Notes under the pieces: generated by a model
Told to the model about the DNA's origin: nothing
What the model saw: only the letters and a program-made list of their open reading frames with translations
The model's database searches: none
Shown: piece after piece, positions 1-14,636 of the stretch
Numbering within the stretch: the first letter of the stretch is position 1
How the letters are laid out: each line of letters starts with the position of its first letter
Assembly: GCA_951406725.2 (NCBI GenBank)
Contig: OX597816.1
Span: 80,538,001-80,602,000, forward strand
DNA: 64,000 nucleotides
Origin: Octopus vulgaris
Taxonomy: Eukaryota
Direction: 5' to 3'
Made by a program: the position numbers and the translations under genes

Positions 1-164
1 ACAACGTGTTTTGTCACACGGTTTAATGTAGCAGCCAAACCCCTGCACAGGATATTCTAACACTAGAGGGACACATTGTATGATCTGGTTCTAGATACAT
101 CACTATAATTAAAAAAAGAAAAGACAATACTCGAATTTTATTGATAATAGTTTTTTTCTCGGTC

Positions 165-250
165 AAACAAAAGGGATTTAAACAAAACTATGGCAAATAA
201 ACTTATAATTAAATATGATTATCATAGTTTTGTTTAAATCTCTTTTGTTT
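165..250. repeat. Short inverted repeat (28 bp arms, 30 bp spacer)
   Basis: aaacaaaagggatttaaacaaaactatg (165-192) is the reverse complement of catagttttgtttaaatctcttttgttt (223-250) with one mismatch. Confidence 0.85.
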
Positions 251-595
251 AATTACGCTAAATTAGTTTATACTGGTTTATATTATCATATCAAATTTAT
301 ACTATTTTATCTTATTTCTGCATCGTATTCGCTGAATATCATTAAACGGCGGCGTAATACTACCGATGTAATAATATAATAGCTTATAAATAGCAAAGTT
401 ATTTCAATTCCTGGAGACGTAACAGATAAACAAAATCCCCTTATCCCGTAAATTAAGAGGTTCTTATTCGGTCTGCATCAAAATATATATAAAATATACC
501 AACTTGAACGTGGACACATATTTGACAATAGGTTTTATAAATGATATTTATTAAATTTATTACTGTATGCTTTTATATTCACACACACATACATA

Positions 596-638
<43 letters not shown>

Positions 639-1455
639 TATATTTCCAAGTAAGTTTGTCTTAACCTTTTTGATGCGACTCTACTCTATACAGTTTCCTC
701 CCATCGATCTGTAATTCCCTTTTTCTCCCCTTCGCCATTTTCTATGTCTCTCTCTCTCTCTCTTTCTCCTTTTCTCTCGCTTTCTTTTCTTCACGTGACC
801 ATCTTTCTTTTCCTGCACGACGTTCTAGGGATTGGACGTCTATCTTTCTCTTTTGTCTTTTCTCTTTTCAAAGAAAATATTTCTCCCAGCGTTCAGTATC
901 CTTGTATGTCTCCACTGCCCTGTTTTTGTTCACAAATTTTACATTCCATAAATCCTAAATTTTATTTCGGAATTTATGGGAGCAACTGCCTTCGAAGACT
1001 CATATTGTCGTTCAATGTTCAACATAAGTAAATAGACAGCCGACAACTGATGAAGACCATGTTTGATTTTAGCTATATACCTCAAGGTGGACTGCTTAAG
1101 TACAGGTTATTGAAACTGCTTGTTGCTGGGTATGTACGTTTACAACAATGGGCTGATAGCATAGCTTAGTAAATCAAGTAAGAGGCACCTCGAGATATGA
1201 AGTTATGTCAGTAATCAGGTCATACAGGTGCGACGTAACTTGTGATAATTCAGAATATACTGTTTTATTAGTAAATACAAGGTGAGTGACTCAATCCTTT
1301 TATCAGTATCTTGAATGACTAAAGTAACTCCTCCACTATGAAAATATATTTGTTTCAACACACGATTTTAGTGCAACTTAGAATTACATTCATAAACATG
1401 CATACATACGTATTTATTTGTGTATCTGTGTATGCGGATATGTACATCATATATA

Positions 1456-2001
<546 letters not shown>

Positions 2002-2085
2002 TATATAATATTTTACTATAAAATTGGATTTATTCCTAAATCTGATTTTTTCCCTGTAATTTGGGATTTATTCCCTAATATTTAT

Positions 2086-2131
<46 letters not shown>

Positions 2132-3104
2132 ACGTGTGTGCCAGTCAGTGTATAATTGTATCAATAGATGGATGGATGGAATAGATGGAAGGACAGATGG
2201 GTTGGATGGATAAATAGAGAGATAGATAAATAGATAGAGGGAGGAAGAGAGAGACAGAAAGATGCAGACAAATTGTGAAAATTGTACAGTAGCTAATAAA
2301 AACAACTAACACCCTAAATTGTGCACGAAATCGTGTGCATGACAATATCTGTACATCTCTATCTATTTTTATGGGATAGCTTTGTTTACACTTGTGTGCA
2401 TGTTTGTTTATTTATGAGTGGCGAACAAAAACAAAAGGTATTATTCTAAGTTAAAACGTAAGCAGAACATTATTTCCATGAAGAATTCATTTACATTTAT
2501 CAATATTTTAATCGGAATTATCGTGTAGGATTCTACATAATACATGTACATGCTATTCCAGGTGTGTTTCCTCAATATAATTTAGACAAGAGTAATGTCG
2601 TTGGTTATTTGCAATATGCTGTTAGCTTTTACATTCGACTCTGCTGAATCAGTTAGCAAACATTTCCCCAAAATATCATAGAAATTACAAATAGACATAA
2701 AGAAATTATTCAGATGTAAAAAAAGAAGAAAGAATTATAAAGGAACAATGGACCATTTTGTATATTTTACTCCATATTATTTTATTTCCTCTCTCTCTCT
2801 CCCTCTCTTTCTCTCATATATTACTTCTATTTTATTTTACTATATTTCACAATACTTCTATTCCGAGGTTCTGCTATTTCGATCCTGTCAGTTCAAAACT
2901 GTTAAGCGGTGGCGGTGACTGTATTGGTTGGGCAGGCACAATAGATAGATAGATTGCGTGAAATTCTTATAAATTATGGAGTATTGCATGGACATTGAGA
3001 GACGGTGAGTTAAGGAATGGGCGGGCGGTAGGATTATTATATTGTAACATCACATTCGCCCAGTTGTTAGTGAGACGAATCGTTTTAAATGTAAAAGGAT
3101 CTGC

Positions 3105-3105
<1 letters not shown>

Positions 3106-3153
<48 letters not shown>

Positions 3154-3309
3154 TATGGACATATACTCATATATGTATGAACTGTAAATGTCTCTCTCAT
3201 TTTCTCGCACTCACTCTCTCTCTTACATATGTGTGTGTATATATACATACACATATATGTATGTATATATATATATGTATATATATATATACACATAGAA
3301 ATATATATG

Positions 3310-3344
<35 letters not shown>

Positions 3345-3397
3345 CATATGCATATATATATATACATACATACACATGCATATATATATATACACAT

Positions 3398-3432
<35 letters not shown>

Positions 3433-3450
3433 CATATGCATATACATATC
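3106..3450. repeat. (TA)n/(CA)n compound microsatellite
   Basis: Directly visible; it accounts for the YI-rich spurious ORFs here. Confidence 0.95.
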
Positions 3451-3734
3451 CACATGCAAGTGAACATGCGGGAATGTATAAATAATAAAAATACTTGAAT
3501 GAAGAAATTATGGAACTGACAGCCTGTTACCAAACAATAAGTAAAATAACCAATATCAAAATCACAAAAAAATAGCAATGGGGAAACGTGTCAAAAGAAT
3601 AACAAAGTAAAGCTGCATATACATATATAAATACTTAAGAAGAATGGTAAATGTAATTCTACATTTGTAAAACTGTCTAAACTTGAAAGATATATCAACC
3701 GATAGACGCATCAGGAAATGATATAATAATAATA

Positions 3735-3965
3735 ATCCTTTCTACAATAGACACAATGCCTGAAATTTGGGGGAGGGGGTTAATCGACTAAATCGGCATC
3801 AGAATTTGGTTGCTAGTTTATTTCATCAATCACGTAAAGATCAAAGGCACAGTTGACTTCGGCGTTATTTGAACCCAGTACGTTAAAGAACCTGAAGAAA
3901 TGTCGCAAAGTATTTTGTCCAATACGCTAATGCTTCTGCCAGCTAGCTACTACTACTACTACTAC

Positions 3966-4022
<57 letters not shown>

Positions 4023-4212
4023 TATTATTATCGATAATATTATTTCAAAAATTTTGCCACAAGGACAGCTTGGAAGAGGTGGGGATAAGCCGATTAGATC
4101 GACCCCAGTGTTCAACTGATACTTATTTTATCGACTCGAAAGGATGAAAGGCAAAGTCGACCTCAGCATAATTTGAACTCAGAAAGTGCTAGCGATTCTG
4201 CCAGCTCGCCAG
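3735..4212 (-). mobile_element. Two copies of SINE family B separated by (ACT/AAT/ATT)n
   Basis: Both copies (3735-3945, 4043-4212) are reverse complements of the gagctggcagaatcg...gagttcaaat...gtcgactttgcctt motif that recurs at 11260, 20440, 32335, 39600-40135 and 41870. Confidence 0.75.
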
Positions 4213-4263
4213 CTTGTCAATAATAATAATAATAAGAAGAAGAAGAAGAAGAAGAAGAAGAAA

Positions 4264-4343
<80 letters not shown>

Positions 4344-4349
4344 AATTTA

Positions 4350-5700
4350 CAAATTCTGATAAAACCATGTTATTCTGCCAAATATTCATGGGAAACTGTA
4401 TACTTTGAATGTCATTGATAAAGAAAATCACAAAATGACGAGTTCGACAAGAACAATTAAACAGATATTTGATGAAACCTAGAAATCTAAATAAAACGGC
4501 TAGTCTTAACTCCTCGGTTCTCGCAAATATAACAGGAAATGTATAAATGGACACGATAGGAATATGTTTCCATTATACTCCCGTATTTTACAGCCAGAAT
4601 CAAACCAAAACTGAAACCAGGACACTATACACATAAAGTTTGAGGGAAATTATCCCAACAGAAAAGCTAGCATCAAAAGTTAAAATCTCAAAGCCAAACA
4701 AGTCTCAGAAATAGAACACTGGACACAATACATTATAAGAATTAAAAAATATATATTGCGTAGGTAATTCACAGAAATTGGAATAATATGTGCAGATGAG
4801 ACAAAGTAAATAACAACTACGCAACAAAATTCTAGAACTTCTACAGAATACTGACAGCCAAAACCTGAGCATTAACAATATGATACAAAAAATATAAATG
4901 AAAGTGAATATGTGGACGGCTTTAGAATAGAAAATTCTAAAACGGGAAACCATGAGCGTGACAATCGAAAGGCAGATATATTTAAATTAAAAGCATGAGA
5001 ACTTTATATGGACCAACGGAAGTAACTACCAAAGATAAAACTTAATGATAAAATAGGAACAATATAACTGCAAATTTGGCTACCATAGACTTTATGACAT
5101 CAAGCACGAACATTCATATCTCCAGGTTAAACAAAGTAATATAAGAAGCAGCCACAGCAGTTGGAAAGGTAAATTGGCATTTCCTCAGATCTACTCGTAC
5201 TTGAATATCAAAACGCATGCAAACACTTTGGAAAACAATCAAACAGGAAAAGATAGGAAAACAGATCTCCCCAACCTTAATGAAATCAATAACGAAACAG
5301 CAGAGCCGGAAAATAAAAGAAAAAGAGGCAATAAATACTGGAATATACAAACAAATAAAGAAGTATCCAAAATGAACGAATACCAGGAACACGCAATGAA
5401 TCCGTTGGAATGGAAAGAGAAAACAATTCTTTAAACCAAACAAACAGTTCAACTAAAACTATAGAATTATTTTATGAAGAACTAAGGAAGAGTGAAATAA
5501 AACGCTGTACATCACTAACAAAAAGAATGTAAGAATCAGTGGGTGGTATATGGATAGTAAAGTAATTACCACGGGCAAGATTGTCCAAAACACAACTGAA
5601 CAATCGAACGTTACAGATTCACTCGCAAAGTTGGAAACAATCCTAATCCCGAATACTGACAAAACAGTAAACCTTAAAGGAAGCGCTTCCACAACGGTCG
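4350..5700 (+). mobile_element. Decayed N-terminal part of an R4/Dong-like LINE ORF
   Basis: A-rich, coding-like sequence broken by stops. 5622-5678 translates LAKLETILIPNTDKTVNLK, which aligns with WLTKGKTILIPKSNETEKP in the RT at 14728. It is preceded by an (AAT)n/(AAG)n/(AAAG)n tract. Confidence 0.5.
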
Positions 5701-7696
5701 TGATGTCTGGTAAAACAACCTAAATTCAGAGCAGAAATGTATTGAAAATATTAATTTAGCTATAAAAATCAATTAATGATTAAAAGTACCCTAACCAAAG
5801 AGGAAAGGAGAGACTGAGTATAGCATAGATTCGCTAGCCATGGGTAGTTTTTTTTTCAAAATTGCATTGAGAATGACATAGTTATATATTAAAAAAAAAA
5901 CATAAACACAAATTTGTTATATACTTATGCGCTTACATGCAAACATATACACATTCATATACACTGTAAAACAAATAGAGATGTCCATACTGTAATGGAC
6001 GTCGTCTACCTAGAAGATGCATACATCCTGTACTCAGTCAGCGAAAATGAATTTAATACATTACGATTACTGAGAAAGTGATACACATTTTTAATGTAAT
6101 TGGTTATGTAAGATACTATTCAGGCAGAACCCTTGATATCTTTAGATTGCTTGGCAATGAAATACAATACACAGTGCATGTTTTGTTAGTTCAGCTTTTA
6201 AATGGGTCGGCAAAAAAAAAAGTCAAAAGTATTTCTAAAGTTCGATTCGTGACTTGCATTATTATCAATAACGGATTCCAGCTGCTTTTGTATTGATTTG
6301 TTTTACACTGAAATTTCAAGAATCATAAAAAAATTCATACCAGTGTTTCACGTCGTCTACTTTCCAACAAAGATCTCTATTTCCTAATATTTTAAACCTA
6401 TTGTTGTTTTTTTTATACTTCAGAAACAAAATAATTAAATACATATATTCCCTCTTTGTATTAGCGATAACATAAAAAAAGACATCTGAAGGAGGGGGAA
6501 CTCGGTTAACATTACTTTTCTCATTTATTCTTGGTCCACGGCTCCTGTGGATTTTTAAACACAGAATTTACAAAGGTGAAATTAAATGGAAAGCATATAA
6601 GTACGTTGGTCACTGTGCTGCTAAGTCATTGATATATCTAACAATGTTACGCTGGTTTTATTGATTCAGTGAAATTTCTCGGTACTAGTCTCTTTCGACT
6701 GAATAGAAAATATCCATACTTAAACTGAAGGGGAAAATGAGAGGAGTGGTGAGCTTGAACCGTTTTCCACTTTCAATTTCATAATTTAAATATGTATCGC
6801 ATTTAAGACATGCTAGGAGTTTAACTAATGATCTATTGTGCTTGACACAAACAATTTTAATATCGAAAGGACCTACGCATATATGTCTACGTATCTACCC
6901 GTAAAATAACAGTAAATGGCTAACAGGTATAAGAAATATATAATACCAGTCGCAATTCTATACTACGGTCGGAGTTTTTGACGAAAAAAGGCCGAAAATA
7001 CAGGTGAACAGAAGAATTGGATTCGACCAAATTTCGTAAGTTAGCAAGACAGGCATCAGCTTTACAATGCTGCAGTTTCTTGCAGGAGATAGTTATCTAC
7101 ATCATTCTACCTATTTGTGTCATGTTATATTAATGCATTTTGAGTTAAGTGTCTTGAGCAATAATAAAACTACTTACTGGTGATAGCATAAGACCATAAA
7201 CCTATTTACTCTTAGTCATGGACCACCGTCTCTACCATGAGCACAAAAAAGCATGCTAGTGATATGAGGTGAAATCAACTGATAATATACGTTAGACCAC
7301 AACAACGCGTAAAAAAAATTTGGCATGAATTAAATGCTGCACTTATAGTTAATGCATGGAGGCTTTTCATCAGATATGAAAGCAACTTTCGATTTTCATA
7401 TAACACTAGCAACTTTACATAGCATATAACTTTAACCGCTAATGGAGATAAAATAGACATGTTTTGAGAAGTGTTCTGATATTTCCGGCATCAGAGATAC
7501 AATTATACATCCTAACTATGAATACTAAAAAATTCTTACAACTTTTGTGACCAATTTGAAAGCCCTCTATGCTATACATACGTGAATGCAAATACGCACA
7601 CACGTACATACGCATCACCTTTATATTAGAATTGCGAGGAAGATTCGCATTCCTAACTGCTGGAGACTTATGTAGATATAACATTAATACTTCTGC

Positions 7697-7732
<36 letters not shown>

Positions 7733-7768
7733 GACTGATATGTGTGTGTGCAAAGACATACACACACA

Positions 7769-7837
<69 letters not shown>

Positions 7838-7993
7838 TAGCATTATGAGCCGTCGTTGCCTGGTCATAGTCTTAGTGCATGTATATATGTGTATATATAT
7901 GTGTACATATTACATGCACATCTATATTTATACATCTACACATAAAATACAAAATACAAAGTTATATCTTGATATCGCTAATGATAACAATAC

Positions 7994-8514
7994 TCAAAAT
8001 ATATAACAGACTGGAATTGTAGGCCCGTCTCTTGTAATTTCGATCAATTGTATCTTGTCCTCCCTCTTGTATAGAAGTGTGGCTACAATCCAGCCTACCT
8101 CTACTTCTGTGGGGACATTTTTAATTTTTATCCGGGACGTCATACGTCCCAGATATAAAGGTGAAAATAAAATATTTCCACTTTGCAAGGTTCGAGTCGA
8201 ATACTCCCTTGCACGCTCCGTTGACTCGAACCTTGCTTCTATTGTGGCGAATTTACCGCCTCTGGTTAGATATATTTCATAGTTGCACCAAGACTCATTT
8301 CGATGGTGCTTTCCTCCAGGTGTTCAAATCTTTTTTTCTCTATATTGTATACTTTATAGACAATAGTCTTTTCTTTAATTTGATTTTTTACTTCGTTTGG
8401 TGGTGTTATCCTAGATTCACCGTCTTTGTCAGTGATCAATCCGAAATAGGTTTGTATTTCTTCCATTTTAATTTTAATGAGTTCGCGCCCGCCGACGGCT
8501 GCAGCGAAATTCAA
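7994..8514 (-). pseudogene. Frameshifted, 3'-truncated LINE ORF1-like (L1/Tx1-type, RRM-like) fragment
   Basis: ORFs 8266-8514 and 7994-8188 join if 2 nt are removed at MKY(I), giving ...MKYLTRGGKFATIEARFESTERAREYSTRTLQSGNILFSPLYLGRMTSRIKIKNVPTEV.... The IxIxNVPxE pattern resembles non-LTR ORF1 proteins; the family assignment is an inference. Confidence 0.5.
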
Positions 8515-10394
8515 TTTTGGACTTTCTTATAATCGAAGGCATTCTAACAAAAATGCTTCCGTGTAAACGGTGAAAATATTGTCAATTTCCTCAAACAGGG
8601 ACACAATTCAATTTTTAAACAATAACCAAAGCTCCTTCTCCCAAAGGGGGAGGGTTACAATTTACAATTATTTAACAAATGCAACACAACATTTCCCTTA
8701 CGAGGAACCAACAAACGGGATAACAATAGTTAAACAGTAACAATAATAACAAACCTTACAGTGAATCAAAAAACAGTACGCAATTGAAGCTATAGTCCTT
8801 TATGTATAATAGTCCATCTGGACTATTCCATTTCTGTACGCTAATTTTATTTTTCATTTATTCCCATTCATGTGAAACCACTTATTCAAGTTCAAGTCAT
8901 TGATGCAATTTTATACTAATTGTTATTTTTACTCTTATTATGTTACGGTTATATTATACTTTAGTTTGATTTTAATTATTACTTACAACATATAATTCAA
9001 TTGTTATTATTATCTCTAATTTTTATTGTTAAAGTGAAGGTATCTGACATAAAATAGAGAAATGTTTTTATTTCACTTTTAACACGTAATTCTGAAATAG
9101 TGGAGAAGATATGATATTGCTATGGGCTCGCCCTTTTTTTTGCCGATGACACTCTCCAGACCCTAAGTAAGGCATGTGTAAAATTTGAATGAAATTGGTT
9201 GTGTAGTTCTCAAGTTTTAGGGAAACACAGACAGACAGACAGACAGACAAAGAGACAGACAGACAGACAAAGAGACAGACAGACAGACACACATTCTCAG
9301 TTTTATATAGAGAGAGATGTACGTATATATATATACATGTATGTATATATGTATATATATAATGTAAGTAGGTATGTGATTTTGTATGAAGGTGTATATA
9401 TATGGATATATGTGTGTGCGTGTGTATGTATGTATGTATGTATGTATGTATGCATGCATGCATGGATGATTACATTATTTAAACAGATGGACTATATTAA
9501 AGCGTTTGCGGTTATGGCTATGAATATGTAGAGGCTCTTAGAACTAAGGTAAACAAGGAAATACATCAAGAATCAATGAATAAACATCACTGTTTAATGT
9601 GTTTAAATGAGTTTTATATATTTAAAATTGTATAAAAGAATGTAAAATAAACTAAAATATATTCACTTTAGATTTGACATCACTTAGCAGCAATAATGAA
9701 ATAATAAGTGTAAAAGACATCCATCATCTCGGTTTTATATTGAATTTATTAATGCTACCTTAATGTAGCATTCGCAAAACATGCAAACAATTTCATTAAG
9801 CCTCTGCGTATCCAGTTTTAATTAATGAAACTGTAACTTATATCAGCAAGTTGTACTTAAAAATTACTAATAAAATTTTGATGAGAATACACAACAAGCC
9901 TTCGCAGTACTTTGGGTCAGAAGTTCTGACTTTGTGTCCATGTAATGAATCGAGACTGGTGCAAATACAACTAAATATTTCTGTTGGCGTTATTAACTAA
10001 GAGCGGAAATAGCAGGTAATGTATATTGTCAGAAATCTACTGTTAATTAATTGTGATGTTTAGATTAAAAGCATAGAACTGTCTCGATATGGTAAACATA
10101 ACTCTAGAAATCCTTTCATAATATCTATGAATATTATTTGTAAAAAAATAAAAATACAAATAATGAAATAAAACGTTAAGAGAAATATAATGCAGTTACG
10201 TTACAGTTACATTAATTCAATTAGTGGAAGCCCGAACTCCGTTGATTATTAGCTACTACTATTACTACTACTACTACTACACAGACACACAAACACACGC
10301 ACACACATATATGTTTGTATGTGTGTGAACGTGCGCGTGTGTGTAGCTTGAAAATTTACTCATGTAAGTCTTCACTAGAACCAACCGTCCTGTG

Positions 10395-10630
10395 CCAAAA
10401 AGGGAAACATCTATGTGGTCATTCGATCATCTAGAAATAACAGCCAAATCTCTTAAATTATATACTGACACCGTTATAAACAGAAAACATTGCATGAACT
10501 CATCCTATACACACAATACAAAAAAAAAAATAATTAACACTAAGTTAAACTCATAATGGTTCAAATATCTTTGACCTGCTATTTTCTTTGGCCAGATCCC
10601 CATTGAGACTAAACTGCAACTAAAACAACA
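10395..10630 (+). repeat. Dispersed repeat (ctagaaatagcagccaaatct... family)
   Basis: Degenerate matches recur at ~1-170, ~28030-28230, ~43625-43810 and ~56735-56920, ending in a (CAA)-like tail. Confidence 0.5.
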
Positions 10631-10726
10631 TTACCAAAACAACACAGTGAATAGGACAATGATAACCATTGTGCGTTACAGAGCTTTTGAACTTAAATGA
10701 AATAAGGATCGACATCTACCTGATTT

Positions 10727-11118
10727 CTCTTTCTCTTTTACTTGTTTCAGTCATTTGACTGCGGCCATGCTGGAGCACCGCCTTTAATCGAGCAACTCGA
10801 CCCCGGGACTTATTCTTTGTAAGCCCAGTACTTATTCTATCGGTCTCTTTTTGCCGAACCGCTAAGTGACGGGGACGTAAACACACCAGCATCGGTTGTC
10901 AAGCAATGCTAGGGGAACAAACACAGACACACAAACAAACACATATATATATATACATATATACGACAGGATTCTTTCAGTTTCCGTCTACCAAATCCAC
11001 TCACAAGGCATTGGTCGGCCCGAGGCTATAGCAGAAGACACTTACCCAAGATGCCACGCAGTGGGACTGAACCCGGAACCATGTGGTTGGTTAGCAAGCT
11101 ACTTACCACACAGCCACT
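10727..11118 (-). mobile_element. tRNA-derived SINE (family A), near full length
   Basis: Minus-strand head gtggctgtgtggtaagtagcttgct...ggttcagtcccactgcg (A and B boxes), then a cttgggtaagtgtcttc core-like segment and an internal CA/TA microsatellite. The same head occurs at 59229. Confidence 0.85.
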
Positions 11119-11259
11119 ATACTAAGAGTATATTTCTACTACCTTATCCATATTCAGAGAAGGACTTAAATTTAGAACAGCAACTTTATGAAATCAGTTT
11201 ATATGTCACTAGCCTTTGTCTCTCTCTCTATTTTACTGGTTAATATTTGTAATCGTATT

Positions 11260-11352
11260 AAGGCCCCGAGCTGGCAGAATCGTTATCATGCCGGACAGAA
11301 TGCTTAGCACTATTTCGTCCGTCTTTAGGTTCAGGGTTTAAATGCCACGAGT
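11260..11352 (+). mobile_element. SINE family B, 5' fragment
   Basis: gagctggcagaatcgttatcatgccggacagaatgcttagc matches the other family B copies. Confidence 0.7.
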
Positions 11353-11364
11353 ATCGAATTTGGG

Positions 11365-11660
11365 AAAAAGAAGAAGAAGGAGGAGGAGGAGGAGGAGGAG
11401 GAGGAGACGGAGGAAGAGGATGAAGAGGGGGAGGATGAGAAGGAGGAGGAAGAGGAAGAGGATGAGGATGAGGAGGAAGAAAATGAGGAGGAAGAGGATG
11501 AGGAGGAAGAGGATGAGGGGGAAGGGGATGAGGAGGAAGTGGAGGTGGTGGAGAAGAAGGAGAATAAAAAGGAGGAGGAGAAGAAGGAGAAGAAGAAGAA
11601 GAAGAAGAAGAAGAAGAAGAAGAAGAAGAAGAAGAAGGAGAATTGGGAGGAGGAAGAGAT
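11365..11660. repeat. Homopurine (GAG/GAA/GAT)n tract
   Basis: About 300 bp of almost pure purine on the + strand; it is the source of the poly-R and poly-P ORFs. Confidence 0.95.
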
Positions 11661-13779
11661 AGTGAAAAATTTGTTAAATAAGACAAAATTGAAAGATGAT
11701 AAGCAGGTACGGTGCGTGAGCTGAACAAAAGCTATCCGGTCGTTCCTGAGGATTCAAATCCTATTGGTCGTAGAATAGACAGTGGAAGGAAACACTTAAT
11801 CGGTGAGGCAGAGGTTGTAAATTGTAAGTGGAGAGTTGTTTATTAAGTGACTGGTCAATAGATATGCTACTTTTCGACGTGGACCGGTGTGAACATGCTG
11901 ATGCTGATGCAACATCAGAGTTGTGCGAGTTGTACCCTAATGTTAGTGTGGGGTTTAACAATTTATTTGTGTGAGAATATCGAGTAACTGGCATTTCTGA
12001 ATGATTAAGGATCTCTTTGTAACGAACACTGGAGCGATTTTCATTTGGTTTTATTTATCTCAAGGATATTTCTGACGTAAGTGGTATAAAATAATTATAC
12101 TGAGTATCATCAGATCGATCGTGAGTTAATTTATCAGTTACATCGAACAGAAGGGAATATACGTCAAGCATCAATGTGTGTGAATGCACTGATTTAAAAT
12201 ACAAAAACTAATAACTTACAAAATACACGTCATGATTTTTCGCATGCTTTAGATTAATACATTGGAGAATCATGTGTATCTCCCAAGTGGATATAAGCAT
12301 ATTCACATCTACGTAAGTTAAAATCAGTCAAACGCCTACAATTTAGAGAGAGAAGGAAGCTATGAAAGAATCATAATGTAATTATGTAAAATTTATAAAA
12401 TTTTCCAAGATCAGAAACCCGATACTGTAAAATATAAAAACACAATGAAACAATGATATATGAGATTAAAACTTCTCCAGAATTGTAATTGAATAAAAGC
12501 TGACTTTCGATGAAAACCTACAACTATTCACAATAACGAATAGATTCAATTATGTAATTGATAGTGAAATTACTGAAATGAAATAAAAGTTAGCAACCGG
12601 AATGGAATTTGAACTCAGTCTCTATTAGTTTTAATCGCCATAATATCGATGCTTTTCACATGAACAATGAACAAAATTTAAGGCATTATATAGGATATTG
12701 TATGACGTTTATGTAATAGTAAAGGCATTAGCGGCGAAATTTAAATGAATTCAGCCGAGAAATCGAAACTCCAAGTGTTAAATCTGAAGGACCGAGAACA
12801 TAACACTAAATCTACTGTACGTATCAAATGAAAGACACCATTATTACTTTCTTTTGATTTACCACAACGTTGTATATTCACAGAAGGTGGGGTCTGACAA
12901 TTCGCGCAGTTCATGATTTATCTCTCCAAAATGGAATGTTAAGGAACATAAATCTAGAACGGACTGTGTAACCAAGCGCGGTTGAAAAATGTCTTAAAAT
13001 AGAAATCGATATTTAAATAGCAAATAAGGGCTATATTACGCAAGAAATGAAGATTCTAGTGTGATGTGTTTAAAAGATATTTTATATATTTCATAGCGCC
13101 ATTGTTCCTTAGGAAGACATCAACGTTGAAATATCTGTTTCCTCAGATGTTTCTCTGTTCTAACAATTTGTTGATATTTGGTGTCTTTGTGTCTAGCAAA
13201 GAAAAATCGATGTTTAATTAATAAGATGAATGTCCAGTGATAGAGATTGCTCGCCAATAATCTGATTCAGCCACCCAGTTTTTATTTCTACCTGAAAGCA
13301 TTTGCCTCATTTAGTGGACAATGATATTAGGATATGAGAGCAAAAAGTAATGAATAATCTGATTTTCTCACTCCTGTAAGGTTATTATTTCAAAGCAAGT
13401 AATCAGAGGGACATAATATGTTCTACAACAAGTTAGAGGGGTTAGAAGTGAACCCCCAAAAGCAGGGAGAAAACAACATATTCTGATGCCCGTTATGTAT
13501 TTGTCATAGCATGAATATTTCAAAAATAGTTTTTCATCCTATAAAATATAAATGCAAACAGATTTAACAAATTGCTACTTTCGAAATATAAGAAAACATA
13601 TAATGATTAAATATATTTATATATTTAGCCTCCAAATACCTGATCCACCGGAACACATGTTCCGTAAATACTAAGTTTAGTAGTCTGATATACAGGATAA
13701 AAAGAGGACTAGTATAGAAAGTACTTAGATAGAGAAGGCCAACCCATATAATGACAGCCAAAAGTACCACAGCGTCATG

Positions 13780-14260
13780 TTCGTTGACGCTAACCCAGGA
13801 GGAGAACTAACTTATCATTTTGCCTTAAGTAAACTGAATCTCCGGATTGAAGCGGTGGAAAGGACAGGAAATACCACAAAATCCAAGATAAGTAACACAT
13901 GCCATTTGAAAGAACCTCTGTATTCATAGGAACTGTGCAGAGTGTAAGGCCACAGATAAACTACGAAGTTAGGAACACCGTCTTTAGTATAACGTGTACA
14001 AAGGAACGGTGCAGAAACAGGACATACATTAGAGAAACAGCCCGTGGCACAAGTAACAGATTAAATGGTAACTGTTGGGAATTCAAGGTGGGGCAGTTTT
14101 CGTCAATGTTATACCAACATGTTAACCTAAAATATGGGAACTCGAAAGATAAGAGAATTTAAGTGCCTATGCATACACAAAACTGACACAACACTCAGAC
14201 AAGTTACGGAGGCCTCACACATAATAGAAAGTAGATTGAGCCTCGACGGTAAATGCGAAT
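13780..14260 (+). mobile_element. Penelope-like element, GIY-YIG endonuclease remnant
   Basis: ORF 13899-14162 contains NTVFSITCTKERCRNRTYIRETARGTSNRL...SMLYQH, a degenerate version of the PLE motif NxVYxIxCxxC...YIGET.R...RxxEH...SxxxxH. Confidence 0.7.
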
Positions 14261-14585
14261 GAACACCTCACTCCACAGCCTGACAACTGAAGACAGAAAA
14301 GGGCCAAACCAAAAACAAACGAGACACAGATACAAGCATTACAATATTACAACCCCACCACACACAGAAAGACACACAAACACATACACACACAGATACA
14401 CAGTCACATGCCAAACGCATAGACACAAACACAGAAACAGGCGGAAACGCATACGCAGATATCCATATGTACTACAGAACGACAATAAGGAATAGACAGG
14501 ACAAGATCAGAGAGAAGGGCATGGACAAGAAGAACAGATAGTCATTGAAGAGGTCATAGAATGTGTATAGAAAAACTCTGGCAAA

Positions 14586-14587
<2 letters not shown>

Positions 14588-14635
<48 letters not shown>
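14588..14635. repeat. (AAT)n target microsatellite, left flank of Dong-type LINE
   Basis: Pure AAT run directly abutting the truncated RT coding sequence. Confidence 0.95.

Positions 14636-14636
<1 letters not shown>

Noticed and set aside
985-1130. Hammerhead around cgacaa-CTGATGA (1047)
   Set aside because: Stem I partners exist (ttgtcg at 1005, ttgttg at ~1120), but no register gives a proper GAAA, stem III and NUH together.
10727-11118. tRNA genes at SINE heads (also 1650-1721, 35612, 59229)
   Set aside because: A and B boxes are present but there is no complete cloverleaf, and they continue into multicopy SINE bodies.
11258-11728. Protamine-like poly-Arg and extensin-like poly-Pro ORFs
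   Set aside because: They are the two strands of a (GAG/GAA)n tract and are bounded by a SINE fragment; there is no gene context.
12800-13550. Possible minus-strand Tc1/mariner relic
   Set aside because: Only faint NEA and W..SPDL-like traces; too decayed to support without a search.
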